The notes under the pieces were generated by a model. The model searched no databases, was not told the DNA's origin, and saw only the letters and a list, made by a program, of their open reading frames with translations. A stretch of 64,000 nucleotides of DNA. Source: Podarcis muralis (lineage: Eukaryota). Below, in pieces: positions 35,910-48,680 of the stretch (its first letter is position 1; each line of letters begins with the position of its first letter). Location: the NCBI RefSeq assembly GCF_964188315.1, contig NC_135667.1, forward strand, positions 33,232,001 to 33,296,000, read 5' to 3'. Made by a program: the position numbers and the translations under genes.

Positions 35910-37254
35910 GTAGGTTGTTACTCTCAGGCACAATCTGTGGACTGGTGTGGTGGGGAAAAGAGAACTATTTGAGTATTTATTTGTGACTTGCAGCTATAAA
36001 AATGCTACTTATTGTCAATATCTTAATATTTCAGTGATTTGGGTAGGATACTGGGAAATTGCTCTTTTTGATAAGATGTGTGTTGGTCTGAAATTAGAGC
36101 AGTTCTTTTGTTGCAGCTTTCAGGAGGCATCTCAATAACACCACCTGCTTATTTTGCAGCATTAGGTAATAGTCTCAATGCACATATCAAATGGATAGTG
36201 ATTTACTCAGCTCTGGAGTACTTCCAGGAGATTTTTCTACTTGGTTTTCAAGGGAGCAATGGGTAAAGCAGGTCTCCTGCTCCGTCCTAGTTTCTAATTC
36301 CAGTGTACAATGACTGCCTAGTGCCTTCCTTTTCCCACCCCTTACTGTCTCATAAGGTTTTCCTTATGAAAGCCTGTTCTGGTTTGACCTGTTTGTATTG
36401 TGCCTTGCTTAGTGATGATTTGAATTAGCTGGCTTGTTTACTTGGATGCTCAAATCCCTCTCCCAAACACAGGGTGGAATGGTCATGGAGAATCTCTTCC
36501 AGACCACCCTTAATCCCTGATACTTTGTGTTGAAAATGGACAGTATTACTAGAGCTAGTGGCCAGGCTGGGAGTTGCTGAAACAGCTGCTGTGGCTGCCT
36601 TCCGCTCTTGTCATGTTTTCTCATCCCTACAATTGGCAAAAATAGGCTGAAGGTTTCTGAGATCTTATCCTTGGAAACTAAAAGTGAAATATCTCAGTTT
36701 GCGGGGTTTCCCCTACAGAAGTAGATAACTGAGAAATGGAGAATGACCCACTCAGATAGGAGTGTGTGTGAGGGGGTGCATGTGCCTGTGGGGTGCTTGG
36801 AACAGGAGATTGAAGCTAAAGAATTGAAGGGTTTTTGTTTTGTTCTGGTAAAGCAGGGGATACTAGGGGGGAGTCTTGTTTGAATCCTTAAATACATCTT
36901 TTGTGTTCTGGATTATTGTTACTGGAATGAGGAAGAAGATGGTTGTACTAGAATTTCTCATATTTTAAGACTGCTATCTTTAAAATATACATTTTAACTA
37001 CCCATTATTGTAATTTTAAAAATGAGAATACTGCGTTAAAAAGTTGAATAGCTGCTTTTTTTTGGTATATTTAAAAAGTTCTATAAATAGTGACTTGCTG
37101 AAATGTGCAAAGCAATTTGTAAGGGAAGTGTGAGGGTTGCTGGTACTTTCCTTTGTGTGTGTATGCACATGTGTGCTTTCTATTGCTAGGTTTACAATGT
37201 AAAAAACACAAATATAAGACTAGGGGTTTTTGTGGACAAGGACAATCAGTAATA

Positions 37255-37557
37255 ATAATAATAATATAATAATAATTTTTTATTTATACCCCGCCCTCCC
37301 CAGCCAAGGCCGAGCTCAGAGCGGCTTACAAGCAATAATAAAAACAAGATGAATGATTACAACTTAAAAACAAAAATAAAATACAACATTAAAATAATGG
37401 AACATTAAAATATTAAAATGTAGCCTCATTGCAGGAGGAGAAGGAAAAGAAAAAAGAAAGAGAGGGAGGGAGGGAATCAAATTGGCTCCAAGCCAAAGGC
37501 CAGGCGGAACAACTCTGTCTTACAGGCCCTGCGGAAAGAAATCAGATCCTGTAGGGA
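37255..37557 (-). mobile_element. L2 LINE 3' fragment
   Basis: Reverse complement of the same L2 end seen at 862-1343. Confidence 0.7.
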
Positions 37558-37705
37558 TTCAACCATGAATCTGAAGACCAACACAATACTTGTTCACCCT
37601 TATAAACCCATGAGGCCCCCAAAGGGTGAACAAGTTTTGTGTTGGTCTCATGGCAATGAAAAAGTGGGAGTTACTGAGGCGTGGCTGATTCTGACTTTGA
37701 TCAAG

Positions 37706-37708
<3 letters not shown>

Positions 37709-37743
<35 letters not shown>
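37709..37743. repeat. (TG)n microsatellite
   Basis: Directly visible. Confidence 0.95.
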
Positions 37744-37746
<3 letters not shown>

Positions 37747-40700
37747 ACAGGGATAGAAATTGTGCAATACAGAGAAGCTCCTATTCTGGAGCAGCCTTTA
37801 GGGTTAATTCATTTTGCTTCCTATCTTTTTGTGCTGGACATGTGTGATCCGGGGCTGGAATGGACTTGCCATGGGTTCATTAGAAGTATATAATATTTCA
37901 TACTGCACTTAAGTACTTGGAGCACTTCTTGTTCATAATGCTACAGCAATGCAAGGCACCAAGCCATTTTCCTATTCCATATTGTCAGTTGTGGACTGAG
38001 TAGAGTCTGATTTGCCTTAGTGAATTGATAGCTGAGGCTATATTTGAAGTGGGTGCTTTCCAATTCATGGCTCACTTTGTTAATCGCAATGTTAGACCAA
38101 TTATGTGCTTTCACTACTGATGTGCAGTTACTGATCATGCACAAAACTTCAGGGTCATGGTGGGGATAGTTACATAGTCACTTTGCTTGTAATGAGGTAG
38201 TGAGTCACTCTCCTTTTTTTAGTTGTGCAGAGAACTTAAATTCAGACACAGGCTGCAGTACAGTCTGGATATGAGAGAGATGTTACAAGCTTTGATGGTG
38301 CCCAGCGGCACTTGTCCCCTCCTAAATGGGAAGTCCCTGAACACAAAAGGGCGACAGAAAGGAAAGGTTTGGTAGACATGTAGAGTTGTATATATGCACA
38401 GTCCCACTAAATGAACTCTTACGGTAGAGTGCTCAAACTGCCATATAAAGGCTACATATTTTCTCGTTATGAGAAATAGTTTTAGTGCTAGTGGCTTACT
38501 GGGTGATGCACAGATTAGAAGCAGGCTTAGGGTTTGCTTTGGAAGGACAATACAGGGTTTATTGGACATAGGTGGACAGGGCTATGTCCGTAGAGGAGCA
38601 GCTCAAGTGAAGATAATATGCTTCAGGAAAGGCATTGTGAAGGGAGGTTTGGCTCTGGTTTGTGTTTAAGCACTTGCTAGATGCAACGTGGATGGAATTT
38701 TCTGAGCTGTTTGCTATAGTGTTAAGCAGTTGTGACTGCTTAACAAAAAGAAAGGAAAACAACCTTAACATATTTATAACAAGGAAATAAGTTTTTCAGC
38801 TGAAGGCCTTCCTAAACGATCAGGTTCTGGCCAAATGCCTAAAACACTGAAGTGTTATAGCAGCAGTGATTATTGCAAGGTCAGTTGTGAATGCCATGGA
38901 GGATGACGAACAGAAGAAAGGGCTGCCATGAGCAGTTTTGTGCATTGTCCAAAGTTGTGAGCAATAGGTATGGGAAACCATGTTCAACTGATCACGCAGC
39001 TCTAAAGCTCATTGGGTGGCTTATGCAGGTCACCATCTCTTAGCCTGCCCACTGATTTTTGAGAAGCTAAAATGTTTGTCAGAGCTCTTTGGAAGAAGGG
39101 CAGTATATCTTGTGATCAAGGTAGCAATGAGGTTCAGCTATTATGGCCCTCAGCCCTGTGATTAGAGACTTGTTTCTGGAAGAAACCGCAACTTGGACCA
39201 TGGATTTACTGTACACCATTGGGCATATCTTGCTCTTTTCTACAAATAAAATGGGAATAGTTGCCTGTCTCACAGGGTGGCTATGAGAGTGAATATTATC
39301 GGGAATACAAAGCAATTGGTATGAGTTTTGGAGTCCCTCACTCCCTATAGAAAAGGAAGGAATAGCAGAAGTAGCAGTGGCTTGTGAGTTTGTTGAGAAA
39401 GGAGAGGCTTCAGCAACGTGAAGGTTTTTTATGTGTAGGTGAGCTGTGTAGGACTTTGGTTTATCCTATTGTATCTGCAGAAGTGGTTATAAATGCTTTG
39501 CGTATGAAAATAAGGGCCAGGTGTGAGTAGCATGAAACCACTTTTGTGTTGTCTAGGGCTTTCCTTTTTTGCATCATAAAATATCATGCAACTCCCTAAT
39601 GCGTTGCTGAATTTGTTTTTTATTTTAAGCCCCATTTCTCAGCATATGTTCTTTGCTCACTGGATGCAGTGAGCCTGCTAGGAACCCTAGCTGGCTTAGA
39701 CTGGATCCACTGCCGGGAAGAATTTGGGCTAATCCAAATACCAGCTTGTGTGGGAGGTAAGCATTGCTGCAACCCTCAAAACACTTTACCTCCCTCACCC
39801 CCACGCATGCAAATGCCACAAACTGCTTGCTATGGGGCTACACCTTTTCCTGCAGCAGCTGCACAGCCGCTCCCTGCCCAGACAAGCAAATGTAGTATCC
39901 CCTGAGCTGATACATTATGTATTTTTTTAACTGTTTCTCTAGAGGTGATGTGAGAGCTGGGTTTGCTGAGATTCAGCATAGGACATATGAACTGGTAATA
40001 AAGAGCTTCTGACTCTTCATTTCACCATGTGAGAACCACCAGTCAGGCCCTATCTGATTACCAAAGGGATTGTTTTATTTGTATTCTGTTAAAAACATAC
40101 AAACTCTCAACATGGCTCAGAATATAAGAAAACATTAGGACCAATCAATAAAAGCAGTATAAAATTGTAAAATATGTCCAACCAATATAAAATGCACACC
40201 TTTCTTATATGTGTGATCTTCAGTCACTTCTTTTTTATAAATTATAATATGGGACAGCTTGTGAGGTGAGGACTACATGTCCTGCAGCTCTTCTGTTCTT
40301 GGTCCATAGGATAATGAATCACACAACAAAAGGCTAACTCTTTCGATGGGAATTTAGCCCTTTGCTGTCTGATCTGCTGACCAGAAGAATATTTCCTTTT
40401 CCTTTTCCAATGACTATTCATTCAAAAGTAGCGAGTGATCCTTTGAAAGCAGGTGTCTGTACCAATCTAGCACTTCTCACTAAATGGGTTGGGGAAGATA
40501 TAATTTCTCCTAGGGCCTAGTCAGTACAGTGGATGCTTCTGCTTTTCTCTGTCACTGAGTTGTGTATTTATCACTGAGATAAAAGTTGCTTACCATATCC
40601 ACCAGACCAATGTCTAGCTTCCATGACTGCAATAATGATTCTCCTAAGAACCCCCCCCCCACCACCTGTATGCATATTCATGCACTTACCCAAAACTGCT

Positions 40701-41089
40701 TGCTTGGGGTGTGATGTGTAATCTTAACTTCAGAGCAATATTTTGGCTTTGTTTTTCTTTGCTGAGTGACCTGAAGCACTTGCAGGGGATTTTGAGATGT
40801 TAAGGGTTTTTTTTGTGTTAATAGAGGTAATGTAGAAGGCATGCTGTCTGCCTTTAAGTAGTGTTGCATTAGTGGGAAATTTCTCCCATCTTCTGCCATC
40901 TACTTAGAAATACTGTGGCATTTTAAAAGTATCACAGGCACAAGACATGCTCCTAGGAGCCTTGCTATCCAGCCACAGCAATTTGATTTTCAAAGTTTAT
41001 TGAGTGGGTAGAATAGACACTCTAATGCTTGGAGATTGATTCTGTGGATAAGTTATTTCCATATCTGGGAATTGGGTAGATGGCCTGTT

Positions 41090-41720
41090 CTGGACAGGGT
41101 TGTGCTTCCTCTGATGGAGTTGGGTGCATGATGTGGGATGCTCTCGGATTCATCTCCATCACCGGAAGCACCTTTTTTGCTAGCTTGTTCCTGGAAAGAG
41201 AGCCTGACCACAGTGATCCATGCTCTGGTAACCTGTAGATTTGAATTCTATAATGTGCTCTATATGAGGTTGTTTGGGAGCTGCAGCCAGCATTTGAAAT
41301 TAGCCAGGCGCCAGTCTCATTTTGCAACTAGCAACCAGCTTTTTGCAACTGGATGGAGATATCCAGGTGCCACCTCTTGACTCCTAGCATCTCCACCTGC
41401 CTGGCTGCAGTCAGCTGGTCTGCTGGGTACCGCGGCAGCAAAATTCGTGTCTTTTGGTGCCGTGCTACCCTGCAGACTATCCAATTCACCTGGCAGCAAA
41501 AATAAGTAAAGTTAAAATATTTTTTTGCTGCTGGGTGAATCAGGTGGTCTGCAGGGTAGTGCGGCAGCAAAAGACACCCTTTTCAGCGGTGGCTCCCTGG
41601 CTTTGGAATTCCGTCCCTCTTAAAATCTGGTTGGCACCAACATTGGTAGGTGTTTGGCACTAGCTAAAAACTTTTCTTTTAAAAAAGTGGATTCTTGATG
41701 TATTAGGCAACTGACTTTTT
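41090..41720 (+). mobile_element. Old L2 fragment interrupted by a palindromic insertion
   Basis: ESLTTVIHALVTCRFEFYNVLYM and FSAVAPWLWNSVP resemble L2 ORF2; palindrome at 41447-41577. Confidence 0.6.
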
Positions 41721-43115
41721 TTGTACTGATAGGCCATATAATGTGTAGTTGTTTTTACTAGAATTGTTGTGTTGTTAGTTTGATGTACCCTGCCTTGGGA
41801 TCACTTGTTTGATGAATAGCGGGTTAAAAATGACATGGATTCATTTATGTATTATAGCCACTGTTTGTTTAAAACTGGGGCAGATTTACAAAATAAGAAT
41901 GTTTCTGTCTGTCTTCTGGTGTGTAATCAAAGTATGGATTTTTCTCGTTACTCTATAATAGAGCTTTCCCCTATTTCTCCTTGGTGTCCAAGGTTTGTGT
42001 TGTCTTACATGGGATATTGTCTTTAGATTCTGCCTAGTTTCTTATTTTAGCAGCTGCTACATGAATGACTTTATCTTAGTCTTCACTTCCCACCTTTGTG
42101 GAAACACACAGCCTGTTGCTGTTAGCTAGAAGTGGCTCTAAAAATGTGAGTACTGGGATTAAAGCTTGCCTAAAACTTGTCTGCTCTGGAAAGCTCTTCC
42201 TCTCTTCCTTGCTGTGTTTTGGGTTGGGCTTGATTATGAAATAGTGAAATAAAGGTACTCTGCACATGCTCAGAAGCAGTTTATAGATACTCCATGCTGA
42301 GCCTTGCCTCAAGGTAAGAACTCGTTTCTTACTGAATGCTGCCCATGACTGGAGCCAAAGGTTAAGAGGGGGGAAATTGTAAAAGTATGAAGTATCTTTC
42401 CAAGTTCTTTGTGTACAATAATGTCTCGGTAGTCCTTATATCAAGATGTCAGAATAATAACATTTGGCATACCACAAGTTGGTTGCTGAGACTGAAAAGA
42501 AAGTGACTTGTGTGAAGCCGCTTAGAGGGCTCATAGTATAGAAAATGAACTGGGGATTTCCAACTCACTCTTTGTGTTCTTAATATTATGTCACACCAGA
42601 TCAGTATGCTGAGATACGCTTTTGTAGAAATACCTGGTATCCTGGAGCATCCTTGTTAATCTAAGTAATGTAGTATTTTGATTCCATATTAATTTCAAGT
42701 ATCTTGAAATAATTTTTTTAAGCGTATGTGTTTGGGAAATCCACACTCCCAAGTGAGTCATAAGCTATGGATGAAAGAGATTGTGTAGATTACATTTATA
42801 TGCTTTTTTGAACATCATCCACCTTGTCATCTGAGCTCCAGCATTGTTCCTGTGGATCAGAGTGCCAAGCCTTGTGCTTTAGATTGTTGAGTGGGGTGGC
42901 TCTTCAGCTGTAACAGCTTTCATACCAAACTTGTTCTTTCATTCCTGCAAGGCCGTATAAAGTTCTTACGGCTGTCTTGTATTATTGGCCTTGGCTGTCA
43001 GTGCTTGTTTTTCAACTTTGTCCTAGAATGGGGTGCTTTGGTTTCCACAGCTCATTAGCTGTGGATGTTGTAGATTATAGACAAAAAACTTCATTGAAAT
43101 TTGCCTGTAGGGGAC

Positions 43116-43292
43116 TATAGGAACATAGGAAACGGCCTTACTGAATTAGGCCCTTGGTCCATCTAGCTCAGTATTGACTACACTGACTGGCAGTGGCTCT
43201 CTGGGGTTTCAGGCAGGGGTCTCTTCCCATTCTATGTAGAAATGCCAGGGAATTTACCTGAGACCTTCGGCATGCAAAGCAGAGTCTATGAC
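43116..43292 (-). mobile_element. tRNA-derived SINE with CR1-like tail (similar copy at about 33240-33400)
   Basis: aacataggaa...ggtccatctagctcagtat...gagaccttc.gcatgcaaagc pattern (recognition only). Confidence 0.55.
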
Positions 43293-43564
43293 CCCTCCTC
43301 AAATACTTGCATTCTGCCTGCCTGAAACTTTCCATTAAGCTTGCTGCCTCCTCAGTTATCTGCCCTCTTGCCTGGTCTGGTATCCTTGCACCTGATTTCA
43401 TCAGACATGATCCTTCAAGATTGCTCCTGTTCATGCCCTGGCTAGTCTTGTTCAGTCATTTCCTATAAATGCAACATTGAGTGACCATAAGAGAGTTGGG
43501 CAGTTGTGATTTCCCTGGTCTCTGGCATGGTTTTGGAATTGGGTGAGAGTGAGTGATGCTTGTA

Positions 43565-43751
43565 CAATGGTACCTCTAGTTGTGTGCACCTCTGGATACG
43601 TATCCTTCGAGTTATGTATGCGGCAAACCCAGAGTATTTTTGCAGGTTTCGTCGTGCACGCATGCGCAGAAGAGGCACCTCCAGTTGCGAAAACCTTGGG
43701 ATCCGACTGCAGTTCTGGAACGGATCCTGTCTGCAACCAGAGGTACCACTG
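43565..43751. mobile_element. Tc1/mariner (Tigger-like) MITE
   Basis: TA TSD on both sides; TIR caatggtacctct / agaggtaccactg. Confidence 0.85.
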
Positions 43752-45272
43752 TATTTAGGAGTCCAGAGTCTTGATGCCTGCTGTGCAAGGATTCAAGAAC
43801 AGTGCTTGTAAAAGTGGCAGAGTTTGCTGTTGATTCCTCTAGTATTTTTCCTACTTTATGATTGATTCTATAGGCTTGAGTTGTGTAGGCAGCTTGATCT
43901 TCTAGAAGGACTTGTTCTCTGGATTATGGTGCCCTTGTATTATATTTCCACAACAAGGGTATAAAAATAAATGCCCAGCTCAGGCAACATGTGATGAGAG
44001 CTGAGAGAGTTAGTATTATTCCATCGTGACCCACTCCCACCCCAAGCCTGTCTCTACTCTGGCAACATATGGAGAAGATCTCCTTACCCTTTGCTCTGTC
44101 TCCCCCCTCCCCCTGAATGCTGGGGTGGTGGGGGGAGAGTTGTCCCTTAAGCAATTCCTGTAAACATGGGCCAGTTGAGAACATACTGTTTTCCTCAAAC
44201 CTTAAGAGGTGAAGGGAAGAGTTCCCCCCTCCCCTTTCCAGACATGAGGGCTAATGGAGTTTACAGGAACTATTCTAGTATGTGCACAGACATTTTTCAG
44301 TGTGAGACTAGACTGCTGGCCTTCTGAACCTGGGCACTCTAGAACAAGACTGGACTGTTCAGAGCAGACTTGCATAAAGTAGGCACTGCAAAACAGGCAC
44401 AGGACTTCAAAGCTGCTGAGCAGCATTCTTATTAGGATACAGCAGACTCCTGTAAGATTATACATTGCTTCTGAAAATGGCTGCTGTCTGCTAGTAAGAA
44501 TGCAGCTCAGCACCCTTTAGCCTTGTCTCTGTGCTTCATTGCATGTTTTAGCATTGCCCTTGCTGCTTTTCCAGGCTGGTTTTAGGTTATCTTCATTGGG
44601 CAGCTACTGTGCCCCAAGGTGCTTAATGAGAGGCTTACTTATTAACTCCTAACTTGCCCACAGTGCCACCTCTCCCTGTTTCTGGCTCACTGTGATATTA
44701 TAATTATCATATACTGTAATTATAATAATTTCTGTCTCACCATTTCTACAGCCTGGGACTCAAAGCGGCTTAAACAGATAAAATAGAACAAGCTAAAAAC
44801 ATAGAAAAGACAATCATTAAAATGTAATTAAACACTAATTGGGTGCATCCACCCTTTAGCATGCACCACCAATAGTGGGAGCATTTTCTGCTATGATTTG
44901 CTTGCCACCAAGCAAGCAGACAGTGATGCCTGATAGGAACAGCAGCTGTCACTGCTTACTTGCCTGCCTTCTCCCACTTACGATGGCAGCAGCAAGCAGT
45001 GACCACTGCTGCACTGCCTACTCACTGGATGGCAGGTGGAGGGGGGAGGAAGAAGAAGCCACTGTCCATTATGGTGACTTATCTCATGGAGGCAGGGTGG
45101 GTGAGCAGGGTCATCTCACCAAATGGTTTGCTATCAATAGTCCCTCAAAGGCTGGAGCCTGCCCCAAATGTCTTTTCTTGCTATTTGAAGTGTTAGGATT
45201 TGGGCTTGATTCATGTTACCTTGGTCTGCATCTCTGATCCATCTGAGCCTTTCGTTCTCTGTACTTTTAGTT

Positions 45273-45408
45273 CAGGTATAGGCAAACTCGGCCCTCCAGA
45301 TGTTTTGGGACTACAACTCCCATCATCCCTAGCTAACAGGACCAGTGGTCAGGGATGATGGGAGTTGTAATCCCAAAACATCTGGAGGGCCGAGTTTGCC
45401 TATGCCTG
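45273..45408. mobile_element. hAT MITE, near-perfect hairpin
   Basis: caggtataggcaaactcggccctccagatg / catctggagggccgagtttgcctatgcctg; perfect 8-bp TSD ttttagtt. Confidence 0.92.
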
Positions 45409-47098
45409 TTTTAGTTCAAGTTCTATCTTTAATACTGCATAAGCCTCTTTCTCACCCCCACCCCTCAAAAAGTGATTTATTACTTAGTCTGGACCAGAGG
45501 CTTAAGGTGAACTATAGTATTCACATACAAATCTCAAATCCGTAAGATCCAGCTCTCCAGGGAAATGTTTCTCCCCTGCCTCCTAGACCTCCTCCCCATA
45601 TTGTTGGCAGTGGCAGAAACAAAAATATTTTCGACATGATATTGAAGTGGACACCTTGATGGGGATGCAAATTGTCCCCTTCCCAATCATCTAACCGGTC
45701 ACTTGAGCTTGGAGGGGGTAGTTAGATCTTCATGGCTCAGCTGAAGGGCAGAGCACTGTCTTGTACATGGGTTTGCCCTGTGTGTAGGTTGTGGTGAAAA
45801 GTGTGGTGTTACCACTGGTGTGCAGACCTTGGAGATCTGACTAAGGGTGAATGTGGGTCTTGGACCAAGAAAGTTTAGCTGCCTCTGGCCTAAAATATTT
45901 GTAGGTATGTCACACAAGTCTGTTTCTCTCTCAAAAAAAAAAAAAATTGATACCAGCTTTGTATAGGAAAGTCAAGTATTGCACAATAACAAGATTAAAG
46001 TCCACAGATATTTTGTTACATGTTTATGCATGCGTGTTAAGATAGCAGGAATAGGGCCCCTGAGTATGTGTTTGCAGAAGTGGCCCCTAGAGGAATAGGC
46101 AGTAGGAGATGACAGGTTTGGGACAGACATGGTCCAGAGGCAGACATAACTAGGGTATGGGCATTTAGTCTCAGAAAGCTGGGGAGCAGGGAGGCTCGAG
46201 CTACCCTACTTTCTTGAAAAGAAATTAAGGACTGTTTGTAGAAAACTGGCTGGTTGAAAAACACAACTTGCCCACAAACTCTGACACTTTTATGCCCACT
46301 TCTTATTGCATCCAGCACAACTTCTCCCTTTCCTTGAGGAGCTGCAGCTATTCTCCAGTCTCGCACTTCTGTTTGTACTCAGGGCCCCCTAAACCTGGGC
46401 TCACTTGTGTGAAAGTAGGACCCTTTGCAACCTTTAGGATTAGGAGGGTTTGAAGAGGTTCCGCCCTGTCAAATTAAAGGAACAAAATGCTTGAGCTGTG
46501 TTTATTTTTAACTGTAGCAGAGTATGTTGCTGTTGTTTTTAGTAAGCTTGTCTTTCCCGGAATTACAACATGAATACACTGGGACTAGATCCATACACAT
46601 TAGTTTGGCCTGAACCCTTGGGAAATAGCCTGACTATAAATGCTATCGCCCATCGTTCACCACCACCCTGTTTCCTGGCCAATCTTGTTTGCCTTGACAT
46701 GGCTACCAAAAAGCTAACTTTTGTTGGAGATTAGGCCCCAGAGTCCTGGAGCTCTTCTTCAAGTACCATTTAAAGCAATAAATGCTGCTTCAACAGAACA
46801 TACTTTAAAAAGGGGCAAGTCTTATAACGCCGTCAGTTTTCGTAAGCTGTTATGTTTATCGCCCACATATTGGGTTTTCGCCTGTGCTTACACACATCGT
46901 GATTACATGTTTATATATGGATGGCAAACTGGGGTGTAGAAGATCAAAGAGTTGCCAAAGTTTTCTTCGGAAATTGTGATGCAATGCATGCAATACAGTT
47001 TTTGGGTTTTGATGTCATGCTTTGACCTCAGTTTTGTAATGGGGTGACTTAGGATGCAGCCTCCTTAGAGTCCACTGGATGCCAACTTTTTATTCATG

Positions 47099-47130
<32 letters not shown>

Positions 47131-48218
47131 CTGTTCTATACTCTATTGACTCTTTCTGCATCTTGCTTTCCTCCCCTGTTCATTTTGAATTAGATATATA
47201 CATAGCAGGATCCCATTCCCTCACCTTCTTTCCCCAAGACCTGCTTTTATTTCTCATCACACTCAACCATAAACTTTCTCCCCCTGTTCCCAGGGTGATC
47301 AGGATGGATTAAAAAATAATAATCATTTTTTTTAAAAAAAAGTGAGTAGAAGTTTATCTTAAAGAACAACTAGGTTGATCTGCATGTTAGCACTATAGTA
47401 TGCCTTTCTACTGATTTAATTTTTACCTGCTAGCATTGGGCCTTGCCTATATCTATATCTATGTCTGAAGAGCCAATTTGATCAAGTATGAATATTTGCA
47501 TTCAGCCTACCAAAGTATTTGGTATTTATTTACCTAATGAAAATAACCCAGTAACTAGCAAACCTTACTTCCATCTTTGTTACTTTGTTTTTGTGAGGGT
47601 GAGGTTGGGCAGAAGCAGAGAGGAGGAATGCTGTAAATAAGACAACAAATTTACCCAGTGGTCAGATTCCTATATTTTTATGTGTAACCTCACAAACTCT
47701 CATGGCTATTGGTTGTAAGCAAACACTAAAGGGGAATATTTTAAAGGCATTCCCTATATAGCTAAAGAAAAACCTACAAACCTTGCTACAAAATGTATAC
47801 AATGCAAGATGCAGGGCATGGTTGTAAGAATCAAAACAGAATAAACAATACTCTGTTTAGACAGAAACCATAGAATACGTTGGAGCCTCATCTCTGCAGA
47901 AACACCCAGTGTCCTGGCCCTGCCAGGGGGCTGTCAGGCAGGGAATGTCCAGCGTGAGGAGGTAACTCTTTATTGTCAAAAGTGCACTTACAAGTAGGGA
48001 AAAGGCATGTCTATCAGTCCTACATTGCTCAGCTACTCCAAGGTGTGCACCTGACGAGGCAGTTGCAGTGACAGAAAGGCCTGGCCCCTGACCTCAGCTT
48101 ATGTATCTTCCCCACCCTAGTTGCGCGTAAGCAGCATGTGAAGACTGCATCTGCATGTAACCTGCTTCTGCTCCTCCCTCTTCAATCCTTGCTTGGTCCT
48201 GGGAGACAGTGGAGCAGG

Positions 48219-48680
48219 AGAGGTGGGGGCAAACTTTTTCAGCAGGGGGCCGGTCCCCTGTCCCTCAGACCTTGTGGGGGGCCAGACTATAAGCCCCCCC
48301 CAACTCTCCCATCTCTTCTCCACAGTACTGGACGAGCCCTGGTGGCTGCTTACCTGTGTCTTGTGAGCGGCAGGCGGTGGCGGAGGGACAATGAGCGGCA
48401 CACGAAAGGGCTCCAGAGAGGGGCTGCTTAAAATGGCGGCTGCTCGAGCGCTGCTGACCCTGGCACCAACAAAGCCCAGCCCCCTTCCTCCTCTAGGCAG
48501 GGCAGGGAGAAGCCAGGAGGAGGGAGGGAGGAGGCGCCAGCGCCGGAGCTGCCGTGTGAGGAAGAGGGAAAGAACGCATGTGCTGGCAATCCATGCAGCG
48601 ATTCCCAGACCATCTGCGGGCCGGATCCAGAAGGCAGTTGGGCCTGATCCGGCCCACACACCTTAGTTTGCCTAACCATG
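48219..48680. mobile_element. hAT-type MITE with GC-rich interior
   Basis: Same subterminal sequence as 26647-26895 but a different, GC-rich middle; left TIR degraded, no TSD seen. Confidence 0.7.
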
